Shown: positions 15,189 through 23,060, counted from the first letter of the stretch. The stretch is DNA of 64,000 bases from Macrostomum lignano (GCA_002269645.1 NIVC01002121.1:116193-180192), one strand, 5' to 3'. A program made the numbers and translations. Notes: generated by a model not told the origin, from the letters alone.

Positions 15189-15443
15189 ATGAACTATTAC
15201 TCTATAACAGAAACGACATTTATTGTGAAAAATATATATAAAAAAATGAAGGTAAATCGAACCCTAGGTTCGCGTGCTATGCACGATTACTCCTACATCG
15301 GAAATGTTCCAATTAATGAACTTAATGAAAATTTAAGTCTAATCACTGTTGAACAAATGTCAATAATTATATTAGTAACAATAATAGTAATAATATTGTT
15401 TTTGTTTGTTATAAAAAATTTACTACCATGTTGTCTCAAGTAA
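15189..15443 (+). CDS. Element ORF: small protein with C-terminal transmembrane helix, <=84 aa
   Basis: Hydrophobic IIILVTIIVIILFLFVI followed by KNLLPCCLK; AAAAAATG starts at 15189 and ~15246. Confidence 0.55.
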   Translation: MNYYSITETTFIVKNIYKKMKVNRTLGSRAMHDYSYIGNVPINELNENLSLITVEQMSIIILVTIIVIILFLFVIKNLLPCCLK

Positions 15444-15453
15444 TTGTTCGAAC

Positions 15454-17087
15454 TTAGTTCGCTGATATTAGTTGGTTCTCATAAAACGAACCCAATATTT
15501 CTTCACCATCCTTATCAGCAATTATATAGGTTGTAGGATTGGTATTTAAAACTTTACTGATAGTAAATATCTCACTTATTTTCCAATATCCTTTTCTTCC
15601 TTTTTCAAACTTATCTTTCCATTTATAGATATAAACAGAATCACCAACCTTAAAAGATTTCTTTTTATTTTTTTCAAATTCTCTAAAAGTAACTTTAACA
15701 TTTTCAGGATTGCTATAAGCTTGTTGAGGAGTCATCTTTATCGTACGAAATCCGCGTTCCGAAGGAACGATAGCCGAATGATATGAATTATTATAATCTT
15801 TCACGACGTCTGGTAATATTTTTACCCACTTTTGGTTTCCATTAAGACTAAACTGAAACCACAATTTCTTACCTAAAGTTCGATTAAATCTTTCAATTAA
15901 TGCGTTTTTGCTTTCTCCATAAATAGAATAAATTTTATTAATATACTCCCCATTCGCGTCCTTCATCCTTTCTTTTCCTTTTTCAAAATGATATAATTTA
16001 TACATATGAGGATTGTAAAATTCTTTTCCTTCATCAACACATAGCCGCTCACTTTTTTCTCCAAGACTTCTAAAAGCAGCAGCAACCTCCTCACCTTTTT
16101 TGGATTTCAAAGGAACAGCCCACGCGTATCGAGTAAAACCATCTAGTATGGTTAAGATATATTTATATCCTCTTTCATTTGGCATCGACATTAAATCAGC
16201 ATACCAAATTTCGTTCTTTTTGAAGTTCATGATTTTTCTATAAAATTTAGGTTTTCGATATTCTTTATGAAGAATCTTTGCCTCATCAGAACTTAACCCA
16301 CTGCCACTTAATAATAAACACTCAACACAATTATTTCCATGTTGATTGTAATTAATTCCCAAACCAAATTTAACTTTAGATTGCAGAATCTTTTTAATCA
16401 TCCACCTAGTTAATCTTTGGCCTATTGACAATCCTTGTAAATTATCCAATCCTTCAATCATTTTTCTATCGGCTTCATGTTTTAATCTTAATGCTTCCTC
16501 GGGTGAGTTCTTATCAGCATCTCTGTATGCTAAGTCATGATAGTATGCTAACCAATCAATACCATTAATGGGAATTGAATCAGCTTTTGGAGTATCATCA
16601 GGATTTAATCGGAGATCGAGTCGAGTCAACCCGGCCTTTATACCTTTGCTTTCACAAAGGAGTAGACTGTGTCTTAAGCTATCATAAGGATTGACTAAGT
16701 CCTTCAAGCCCACCAGCGTACAGTCGTTGCATCTCAACCATACTCAAGTCATACGAGGTTAGGTTTTCGATTCACTCTTGTCCATATATATCTTCAAGCT
16801 TGTTACCGTTGGGAACAGGAGTTACCTGTGTTCCTTCAGAAGATTTCTCAACTGAAGTGGTACTTGAAGCTTTAGGAGATTGAGTGAGCGGCTGGTGTTG
16901 CCACTAATAGTGACTAGCAGTAGGTTTGCTTCTACCACTCGGGCACAGCTCGAGCTCCACCCGTGAAATTATACGACGGCAGGTGTAATTCATTTGTATA
17001 CCTTCCAGTAGTAAAAACGCTTGGTAAGCTTGTTAATCCTTTTTGTAAGTCTAAAAATCCTCCTTCAAATACTAATTGATTGCTCAT
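15454..17087 (-). CDS. PLA2 (parvovirus/adintovirus-type)-retroviral-like integrase fusion; join(17087..16959,16635..15454), ~436 aa after removal of the group I intron
   Basis: Exon 1 ends ELHLPSYNFTG; exon 2 continues AGLTRLDLRL...PINGIDWLAYYHDLAY...HEAD (PLA2 HD/D catalytic motif). The DDE core follows (WYADL, CVDEGKEF, IERFNRTL), then a Polinton-type C-terminus (GDSVYI...FTISKV...PTTY..GEEILGSFYENQL). Confidence 0.85.
16636..16958 (-). ncRNA. Group I self-splicing intron, 323 nt, no internal endonuclease ORF
   Basis: Minus strand: P1 exon CGGGU with GCCCG (16940-16944; U-G pair at the 5' splice site); P3 CACCAGC/GCUGGUG (16891-97/16711-17); P4 UCACUC/GAGUGA (16882-87/16772-77) with AA in J4/5; P6 AUC/GAU; P7 A(C)GACUG/CAGUCU (16721-25/16665-69) in the S motif AAGACACAGUCU; P9 CCUUUGU-GAAA-GCAAAGG (16643-60); terminal G. 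Excision restores the reading frame. The exact 3' G could differ by a few nt. Confidence 0.88.
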
Positions 17088-17685
17088 TTTTAATAGCCTT
17101 AAAAATACACGATAGCACCAATTGTTTTGCAAATTCATCAATGGTTGGTTGTTTATCATTTTTTGAAATATTATCTACAGCAACTAAGTATCTTTTATTT
17201 CTCCAATTTTCAGACTTTTTAATTTGTTCATCATCGCGATAATCATATGAAGAAGCAGGAATAAAATGATCAATATGTAAAGCACCACAATAGTCTTTTG
17301 GGACGTAATAATGTTTTGTGAAATTTAACCAATCAGTAAAGAATTCAATTGAGCAACCAAGGTAATCAATAGTATGATTATTTTTTCGAGTATTATTAGA
17401 TTTTAGAAGAGAATTTATTCTACATCTGGTGTTTTTTTTATTTCTAAAATTTTCATCAGTTAATCTTCTTTCATTTTCATATTTTCTGCGGCTTTCTATA
17501 TTATTTTTATCGTATTCTTTTTTCCATTGAAGCTTATATTCACGATTTTTCTCATACCATTCTTTATCATACTTTCTCTCACAAGGTTTGCAAATACTAT
17601 AATATCTATTTTGATCTCTACGAAATCTAAACTCAAACAAAAATTTCTCATCTTTACACTTAGTACAAATCTTTTTAGTTTCCAT
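17065..17685 (-). CDS. HNH homing-type endonuclease of the giant-virus-like family with N-terminal CxxC...CxxC Zn finger, 206 aa
   Basis: CTKCKDEK...ICKPC; DYLGCSIEFF; HIDHFIP...N..YL...DNISKNDK (HNH core). Confidence 0.75.
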   Translation of the reverse strand: METKKICTKCKDEKFLFEFRFRRDQNRYYSICKPCERKYDKEWYEKNREYKLQWKKEYDKNNIESRRKYENERRLTDENFRNKKNTRCRINSLLKSNNTRKNNHTIDYLGCSIEFFTDWLNFTKHYYVPKDYCGALHIDHFIPASSYDYRDDEQIKKSENWRNKRYLVAVDNISKNDKQPTIDEFAKQLVLSCIFKAIKNEQSISI

Positions 17686-17708
17686 TTTATAAAAAATAAA
17701 TTTAACAA

Positions 17709-18380
17709 TTAAACACCGGTATGTCCAGCAGCTTTCGCAGCAGCTAAAACAAGTTTTCGTGGAGTTTTAAATCCTTCTCCAACAGCCGGTTTGTTATTTA
17801 TAGAATCAACAATCCTTTTATATAAACTTGTATTCTTAGCAGCTCTTACTCCTAACTCATCATAAAAATTTTTAGCACTTACTAATTCATCTCTAGTGTA
17901 TAAATCGGGGTTAAATTTTACCCTAGGGTTCATAACAATATTATATGCTCCACCCAATTCTCTATATAGCTCATTCTGATTTTTATTAACCCCACCAATT
18001 CGATAATTATTATTATCTAAATCTGTCACAGCAATACTAGTTGGTGCAGGTCTCGGATATTCATCAACTCCACCCCTTTCTGCAGCCCTAATTTCTGCAA
18101 CTCTCAATAGTGCTTGAGCAACATCATAAGTAGGCGGCTCATCCAAAATTTCATCCTCTTTTGGCTCTGTATTCTTAGCAATTTTTTCCAGAAGGTCTTT
18201 ATCTGTTTTTTCTAGTTCACTAATTTTCCCCGTAATAGGATTAACAAAAGGAGCAGCAAATCTTTCACCAGCTAATTGTATTCCTAACTTTCTTTTTTGC
18301 AAATTTCTAACAAAATCAGAATATCTTTGCTTTTCTTTATAAATCGCTAACTCTCCATCAACGTCCATAAATTGACTCAT
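17709..18380 (-). CDS. Element ORF: Polinton-associated conserved hypothetical protein, 223 aa
   Basis: Clean ORF with AAAAATG start. C-terminal GEG...LAAAKAAGHTG resembles a conserved uncharacterised Maverick protein (recalled similarity, unverified). Confidence 0.6.
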   Translation of the reverse strand: MSQFMDVDGELAIYKEKQRYSDFVRNLQKRKLGIQLAGERFAAPFVNPITGKISELEKTDKDLLEKIAKNTEPKEDEILDEPPTYDVAQALLRVAEIRAAERGGVDEYPRPAPTSIAVTDLDNNNYRIGGVNKNQNELYRELGGAYNIVMNPRVKFNPDLYTRDELVSAKNFYDELGVRAAKNTSLYKRIVDSINNKPAVGEGFKTPRKLVLAAAKAAGHTGV

Positions 18381-18413
18381 TTTTTAACATAAAAAACTTT
18401 TTTAACTTAAAAA

Positions 18414-19886
18414 ATGGCTGAAACAAAAACTATGTGGAGTGATAAATTTCATTTCAAAAAGCACCGCCAGTATATTAATGAAGTCAGAGCAAGAGATTTA
18501 AATTTTACCCTACCAACAAGTGATAATTCAAATAACTTTACAACCGGAACGGTAACTTTTGACATCGGCGCAACCAACACTATATTGGATATGAAAAATG
18601 CGTTTTTCCGTGTTAGATGGTTGTATACTAGAAATGATGGAACTGCTCTTGCAGCCGGCGATATCGCAGATCGTTCTGGTATTATAATAGAAAATGATTG
18701 GTTTTATAAATGTTTTTCCCAAGCCCAACTGTCAGTTAATGGAGCCGAGGTTGAGACAGCATCAAACCCCGCAGAGATTAATGGAGTTTTGAAACATTTA
18801 AATTATACTTATTTATCAAAACAAGTTGGTGATAATGTTGGGTGGATGCCTGATAAGGGTAATGGTCAAGCAGTAGTTTTCCCTAATGTACAAAACGCAG
18901 CTGGTGCAGATACCGCAGCTCTTATAGCTTATCTTAATACCAATATAGTTCCAGTTGTAACCACTATGACTAATACAAAAGAGATTAATACAGGTTTTAT
19001 AGATCGTCAGAATAAATTCCCAGTCGCGGTTTTAACCACAGCAACAGCATATGAGCAAGACTTTTCAATCTTTCCGCTATTTGGGTTCTTCTCACCAAAT
19101 CGGGTATGGAAAGGATTAAAATTTGGGATACAATTGCAAATATCTGGTGGATATCAGCCTAGGATACTTTATGGAACCTCAATTTCAACCGATATAGCAG
19201 TTCGTATAGATTCAATTCAATTAGTCGTACCAACTATTGAGGTAACAGCCCCACTTTTAAAACACATTGATAATCAGTTAACGCATGATCAGGAAATATT
19301 TTATTTGAATCGTCGACATTTTATGCGAACCATTAATAATAACCAGGATTCATTCCAGTGGCAGATAATTACATCAAAACGTCGGGTGAGATATATTTTT
19401 GTTTGGTTTAAAATAACAAACAGAAGGAGTAAAAGAACAAATGGGGATTTATATTGGCTTCAATCCGGTGCCATAGCAGCACAAGCAGCTACTGCAACAG
19501 ACAATGCGGCTGCAGCTATTAACGAGTTTAATGTTCAGAACATCCGCCTGCAGGTTGATGATCAATATTATCCGGTTAAAGACCCCCTTAATCTAAACAT
19601 AGCAAATAATAATGTTAATGATTTTATAAAATATTATCAAGATTATGTCAAAAATGAAGCGTTTGCCGTCCCTCAGTACACACCCACAGAGTTTCTAAAC
19701 ATTCATCCAGTGGTTGTTTATGATCTAACGGCACAGAAAGAAAACGTAGCCAATGTTGGACTTAATTACATGTTAGAGATTAATAAAACCGGTAATCAGG
19801 CAATCGACGCCCACGTATTGTTTCTAGAGGAATATATGTCAATTGCTAAAGCTGATGGCACGATTGTTCGGGACGCGCCAATTTAG
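18414..19886 (+). CDS. Major capsid protein (predicted double jelly roll), 490 aa
   Basis: Size, beta-rich pattern, motifs FDIG..TILD..NAF, FSQAQLSVNGAEVE, QYYP...LNL and PVVVYDLT.Q.E typical of Polinton MCPs; lies directly upstream of the ATPase and penton. Confidence 0.8.
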   Translation: MAETKTMWSDKFHFKKHRQYINEVRARDLNFTLPTSDNSNNFTTGTVTFDIGATNTILDMKNAFFRVRWLYTRNDGTALAAGDIADRSGIIIENDWFYKCFSQAQLSVNGAEVETASNPAEINGVLKHLNYTYLSKQVGDNVGWMPDKGNGQAVVFPNVQNAAGADTAALIAYLNTNIVPVVTTMTNTKEINTGFIDRQNKFPVAVLTTATAYEQDFSIFPLFGFFSPNRVWKGLKFGIQLQISGGYQPRILYGTSISTDIAVRIDSIQLVVPTIEVTAPLLKHIDNQLTHDQEIFYLNRRHFMRTINNNQDSFQWQIITSKRRVRYIFVWFKITNRRSKRTNGDLYWLQSGAIAAQAATATDNAAAAINEFNVQNIRLQVDDQYYPVKDPLNLNIANNNVNDFIKYYQDYVKNEAFAVPQYTPTEFLNIHPVVVYDLTAQKENVANVGLNYMLEINKTGNQAIDAHVLFLEEYMSIAKADGTIVRDAPI

Positions 19887-19944
19887 TGTCGCAGGTCTCC
19901 GACCATCGCCCCGCTGTAAAATTAGTTAAATTATTTCTTTAAAA

Positions 19945-20729
19945 ATGGTAAAGGCAAAACACGATAAGATATTTCCAAATGATCCTTTTCTTTGTTTAGT
20001 AATTGGTGGGTCGGGTAAAGGAAAAACACACTTTGTTTACGATTTATTAACAACAGATGGAATGCTAGACTATAATAATTTAATAATTTATACTAACAAA
20101 CCTAGAATAAAATATTATGAATTTCTTAAACATGGTTTAAAAAACAAATTAAAAAAAGATATCTTGTTTAGAATGTTAAGAGCATATGAGCAATATGAGG
20201 ACGATGATGAACCAAGATTTACACTCGATGACATTGAGGATTTATGTAAAACAACAGCAAAAGAACCGGAAAACACCACCGATCGCCCCGAAGGGTCGCG
20301 GACTTCGTCCGATCGAGCCCCAACTGTTAGAGTATCAACCCGATTATCCTATGATCAAATTCCAAAACATGATAAAACACTAATTATTTTTGATGATTGT
20401 ATTAATGATGGTGATCAAGAATTGCAAAAGGAAATTTTTGTTAGTGGTAGAGGAGATGGAATTGGAGCTTTTTATCTTACTCAATCCTTTAGAGAATTAG
20501 AATCGATTATAAAAAAGAATGCTAGCTGTTGTGTAATGTTTGATTTAGATAACTATGATTTACAAAATATACACGCTAGATTTAATCCTGGGTTGGATGC
20601 AAAACCATTCAAAAGTATGTGTAAAAAATTTGGGATGATAGTCAATACAAACATATATATATCAACCCTAGGTTAGAAAGGAAAAATCGAATCTTAAAAG
20701 ATCTGATAAAAGAAGACGATGAGGAGTGA
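19945..20729 (+). CDS. A32/FtsK-HerA packaging ATPase; 1-nt frameshift near 20625 (ORF track ends 20676, shifted frame ends 20729)
   Basis: Walker A GGSGKGKT, Walker B LIIFDD, arginine-finger motif GRGDGI...LTQSF. The shifted frame from 20631 reads WDDSQYKHIYINP...EE*, fitting the usual C..W...Y..I.I tail. Confidence 0.88.
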
Positions 20730-20775
20730 TCGTTCCTTCGGAACGCGGACTTCGTCCGATTCTCCCACTATAAAA

Positions 20776-21561
20776 ATGGCTACAAATTTAGATACTATAA
20801 AACAATTGGTAGATCGAACTAATTCAAAATTTAGTACAACCTTACAGTTTATAATGACAACCAGTGAACAACGCATTCAATTGCGCGATCCATTACAACT
20901 CGATCAAAGCCTAAGTTATCAAATAGGTTTGATACTATTTTCAGTTTTTAACATGCCTCAATTAATTAATGCAACAAATAATCAATTTAGATATTCTAAA
21001 GATTCAGGAGCCAATTGGACAACATTTAGCGTTAATCCAGGAGCGTATTCCTATACCGATTTGAATGCTTATATAGAAGGAGAATTAACAGCTAATGGAG
21101 ATTGGGTATCAGGCGCAATTGTTATAGGGGTTGATTTACCATCTGGCAGATTCACACTATCACTCGAATCCGGATATCAGGTTGATTTCACAATTGCAAA
21201 TTCACTCAGAACCATACTTGGATTTAATTCCCGAATAGTTACCACATCAAGCACCGGCGATACAGTGGGAAATATTGAGGGTGGAGTTAATACAATTAAT
21301 ATAACAACCGATATATCAAACGGTGGTTATATAACAGACGATAATGGAGTTTTGGTTCAACGTGGAATTATTTATTCCATCCCATTTCTTGCTGTTCCAA
21401 TTGGAGAGAAAATGATTGTTTCACCCCAAACCCCAATATATTATCCTTTAAATCAATATAGTGTTCAATCAATTTATATTAGGATTGTAGATGAAAGCGA
21501 TAGATTAATAAGTTTTGGTGGGCAGTCAATAACAATAATTTTACGGATAAAACAGGTTTGA
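20776..21561 (+). CDS. Minor capsid (penton-like, single jelly roll) protein, ~261 aa
   Basis: Start MATNLD in TAAAAATG context; L.DPLQL...YQIGL..F, NNQFRY...W...NPGAYSYTDLN and YYPL..YSVQSIYIRIVDE..RLISF pattern of Polinton minor capsid proteins. Confidence 0.72.
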   Translation: MATNLDTIKQLVDRTNSKFSTTLQFIMTTSEQRIQLRDPLQLDQSLSYQIGLILFSVFNMPQLINATNNQFRYSKDSGANWTTFSVNPGAYSYTDLNAYIEGELTANGDWVSGAIVIGVDLPSGRFTLSLESGYQVDFTIANSLRTILGFNSRIVTTSSTGDTVGNIEGGVNTINITTDISNGGYITDDNGVLVQRGIIYSIPFLAVPIGEKMIVSPQTPIYYPLNQYSVQSIYIRIVDESDRLISFGGQSITIILRIKQV

Positions 21562-21605
21562 CCGAACCGAAGGTTCGAGGACATCGTCCGTTTCCTATAG
21601 TAAAA

Positions 21606-21779
21606 ATGGGTAACAATAATAGTTTAAAAAAACAATCAGATAAAGTTCAAAACGCAAAGGATAATTATGAAATCGAACTAACAAAATTGAAACAATTACA
21701 AGCAGAAAAAATCCGAAAGGAACTATTAAAATCCAAACCTACGAAACTAACTAAAACCAAGAGTTTTTCAGGAACATAA
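21606..21779 (+). CDS. Small basic protein with N-myristoylation consensus (MGNNNS), 57 aa
   Basis: TAAAAATG start; Gly2/Ser6; Lys-rich coiled segment. Confidence 0.55.
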   Translation: MGNNNSLKKQSDKVQNAKDNYEIELTKLKQLQAEKIRKELLKSKPTKLTKTKSFSGT

Positions 21780-21780
21780 A

Positions 21781-22020
21781 ATGGTAATAACTTGGGGCGA
21801 CTTCAAACAAAGATATGGAACTGACACAACAAGCAATATTGAATTAACAAATTGGGCGCGGCAGTTAAAAATAAAACCATTCAGATGTGTTATGCGAGAT
21901 GAGATCAAAGACTTACCACAATATGGATCTTTCATTGTTAATATTGAAACAACAAAAGAAAATGGTGTTCAGTGCTATCGTGTATTTTTAAGGCTATTAA
22001 AAATATTAAAAAAAAAATAA
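21781..22020 (+). pseudogene. Truncated adenain-like cysteine (maturation) protease
   Basis: TSNIEL..W...L.IKPFRCVMRDE..DLP...FIVNIETTKENGV matches the N-terminal half of Polinton proteases up to the expected catalytic His (G-x-H-W). At that point the sequence switches to a 33-nt copy of 17086-17118 and stops. Confidence 0.72.
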
Positions 22021-22629
22021 TATAAAAACATTACTACTATTAATGGTATCAATAAGTTTCTGTTTGAATTGTGCGTCCTGTGTTATTTGCTGTCTTTGAA
22101 ATTCTGCATCTCGTTTAGCTTTTTCATCCGCAGCTTTTTTATCATTTACTGCTTTTGTGATTCCAGCTGCGCCCCCTGCTATTCCACCAGCTGCTCCTAT
22201 TCCTGCAAAAATTATTGGTAATAAAGTTGCTAATGGCAATATTCCTCCTTGTTTTGCTTTTAATTCTGCTAACTGTTTTCGGTTATCATGAATTCTTTTA
22301 CCTGCTAAACCGGCTGCTCCGGCTGCTCCGAGGCCTAAAAGAATTGGTAAAATAGGTAACAACCCACCGTCTTTTTTAGTGTGAGTCTCCAATAAAAATT
22401 TTACATCAGAGTCTGTCAACCTATAATTTCTACCATGATACTTAAAGGATATTGGCCTTCCTTCTTGTGCATATTTTGCAGCAAGTTTAAATGTATCGAT
22501 ATCGTAGTCAAGTTTTTTACCTAAACGATCCAATTTTTTTAACATTGTGTGGCTATGTTTATTATCATCTAGATCTAAAGTATCTACAATTTCTCCTATA
22601 AAATATAAGCGGTCGTTATCTGTGTCCAT
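22006..22629 (-). CDS. Membrane-active core/cement-like virion protein with two GG-LP...GAAGG hydrophobic repeats, 207 aa
   Basis: KKDGG-LLPILPILLGLGAAG and AKQGG-ILPLATLLPIIFAGIGAAGGIAGGAAGITKAVNDKK, a motif typical of Polinton/adintovirus core proteins. Confidence 0.65.
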   Translation of the reverse strand: MDTDNDRLYFIGEIVDTLDLDDNKHSHTMLKKLDRLGKKLDYDIDTFKLAAKYAQEGRPISFKYHGRNYRLTDSDVKFLLETHTKKDGGLLPILPILLGLGAAGAAGLAGKRIHDNRKQLAELKAKQGGILPLATLLPIIFAGIGAAGGIAGGAAGITKAVNDKKAADEKAKRDAEFQRQQITQDAQFKQKLIDTINSSNVFILFFF

Positions 22630-22639
22630 TTTTATATTG

Positions 22640-23050
22640 TTAAAATTTCTTTAATCCTTTTCCGCCTTTAATTGTGGTTAACATTTTATTAAAATCCTGA
22701 ATATCTTTATTACTTATTGGCGCGCTTTTCGTGGGGGTTTCTGTTGGTTGTGCGGCTTGAGTTGTTTCCTGCGCTAGTTTCAAATCTTTTATTGCTTTTA
22801 TTTGTGAGAGGGTGTCGTTAAATTCTCTCAATTTCTTTAGTTCTTCTACTGCCCTCGCTGCTTCGATTCCGCCCTTTACAGCGTTTGTTATAGAACCTGC
22901 TGCAGAGCCTGCTTGGCCTATAAGACCCATATTGTCTTTAACGAAATTCGCTGCTGTACCAACCACATCAAAAAGACCCTCACCTCGGTATTCAACTGGG
23001 TCTCCCACCTGCAATTCGTTCAGATTTTGCATATGTGTAACGTGTGTCAT
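22640..23050 (-). CDS. Putative virion core protein with amphipathic helix, 136 aa
   Basis: RGEG-LFDVVGTAANFVKDNMG amphipathic segment; C-terminal KGGKGLKKF; AAAAAATG start next to the right TIR. Confidence 0.55.
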   Translation of the reverse strand: MTHVTHMQNLNELQVGDPVEYRGEGLFDVVGTAANFVKDNMGLIGQAGSAAGSITNAVKGGIEAARAVEELKKLREFNDTLSQIKAIKDLKLAQETTQAAQPTETPTKSAPISNKDIQDFNKMLTTIKGGKGLKKF

Positions 23051-23060
23051 TTTTTGTTCT

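Noticed and set aside
16636-16737. ORF-track start MRCNDC... as the real N-terminus of the integrase
   Set aside because: These 34 codons overlay P6-P9 of the intron, and the conserved PLA2 N-terminal motif lies upstream in exon 1.
16636-16960. Reading the PLA2 insertion as a spliceosomal GT-AG intron
   Set aside because: Using the GT at 16960-16959 with the AG at 16637-16636 gives ACG GGC CGG GTT... which is out of frame and hits a stop; the group I junction two bases later keeps frame and has a full ribozyme core.
17065-17685. HNH as an intron-encoded ORF
   Set aside because: It ends 107 nt before the 5' splice site and no second group I core flanks it.
19888-19916. Sixth double-hairpin motif after the MCP stop
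   Set aside because: Only a 4-bp GGTC-tcc-GACC stem; does not fit the 6+5 geometry.
20618-20633. Programmed -1 frameshift in the ATPase
   Set aside because: No canonical X XXY YYZ heptamer in frame; a homopolymer indel is simpler.
17086-22004. Invertible segment between the two 33-nt inverted copies restoring the protease
   Set aside because: Re-inverting by eye does not bring a His-Trp/Cys protease C-terminus next to 21971.
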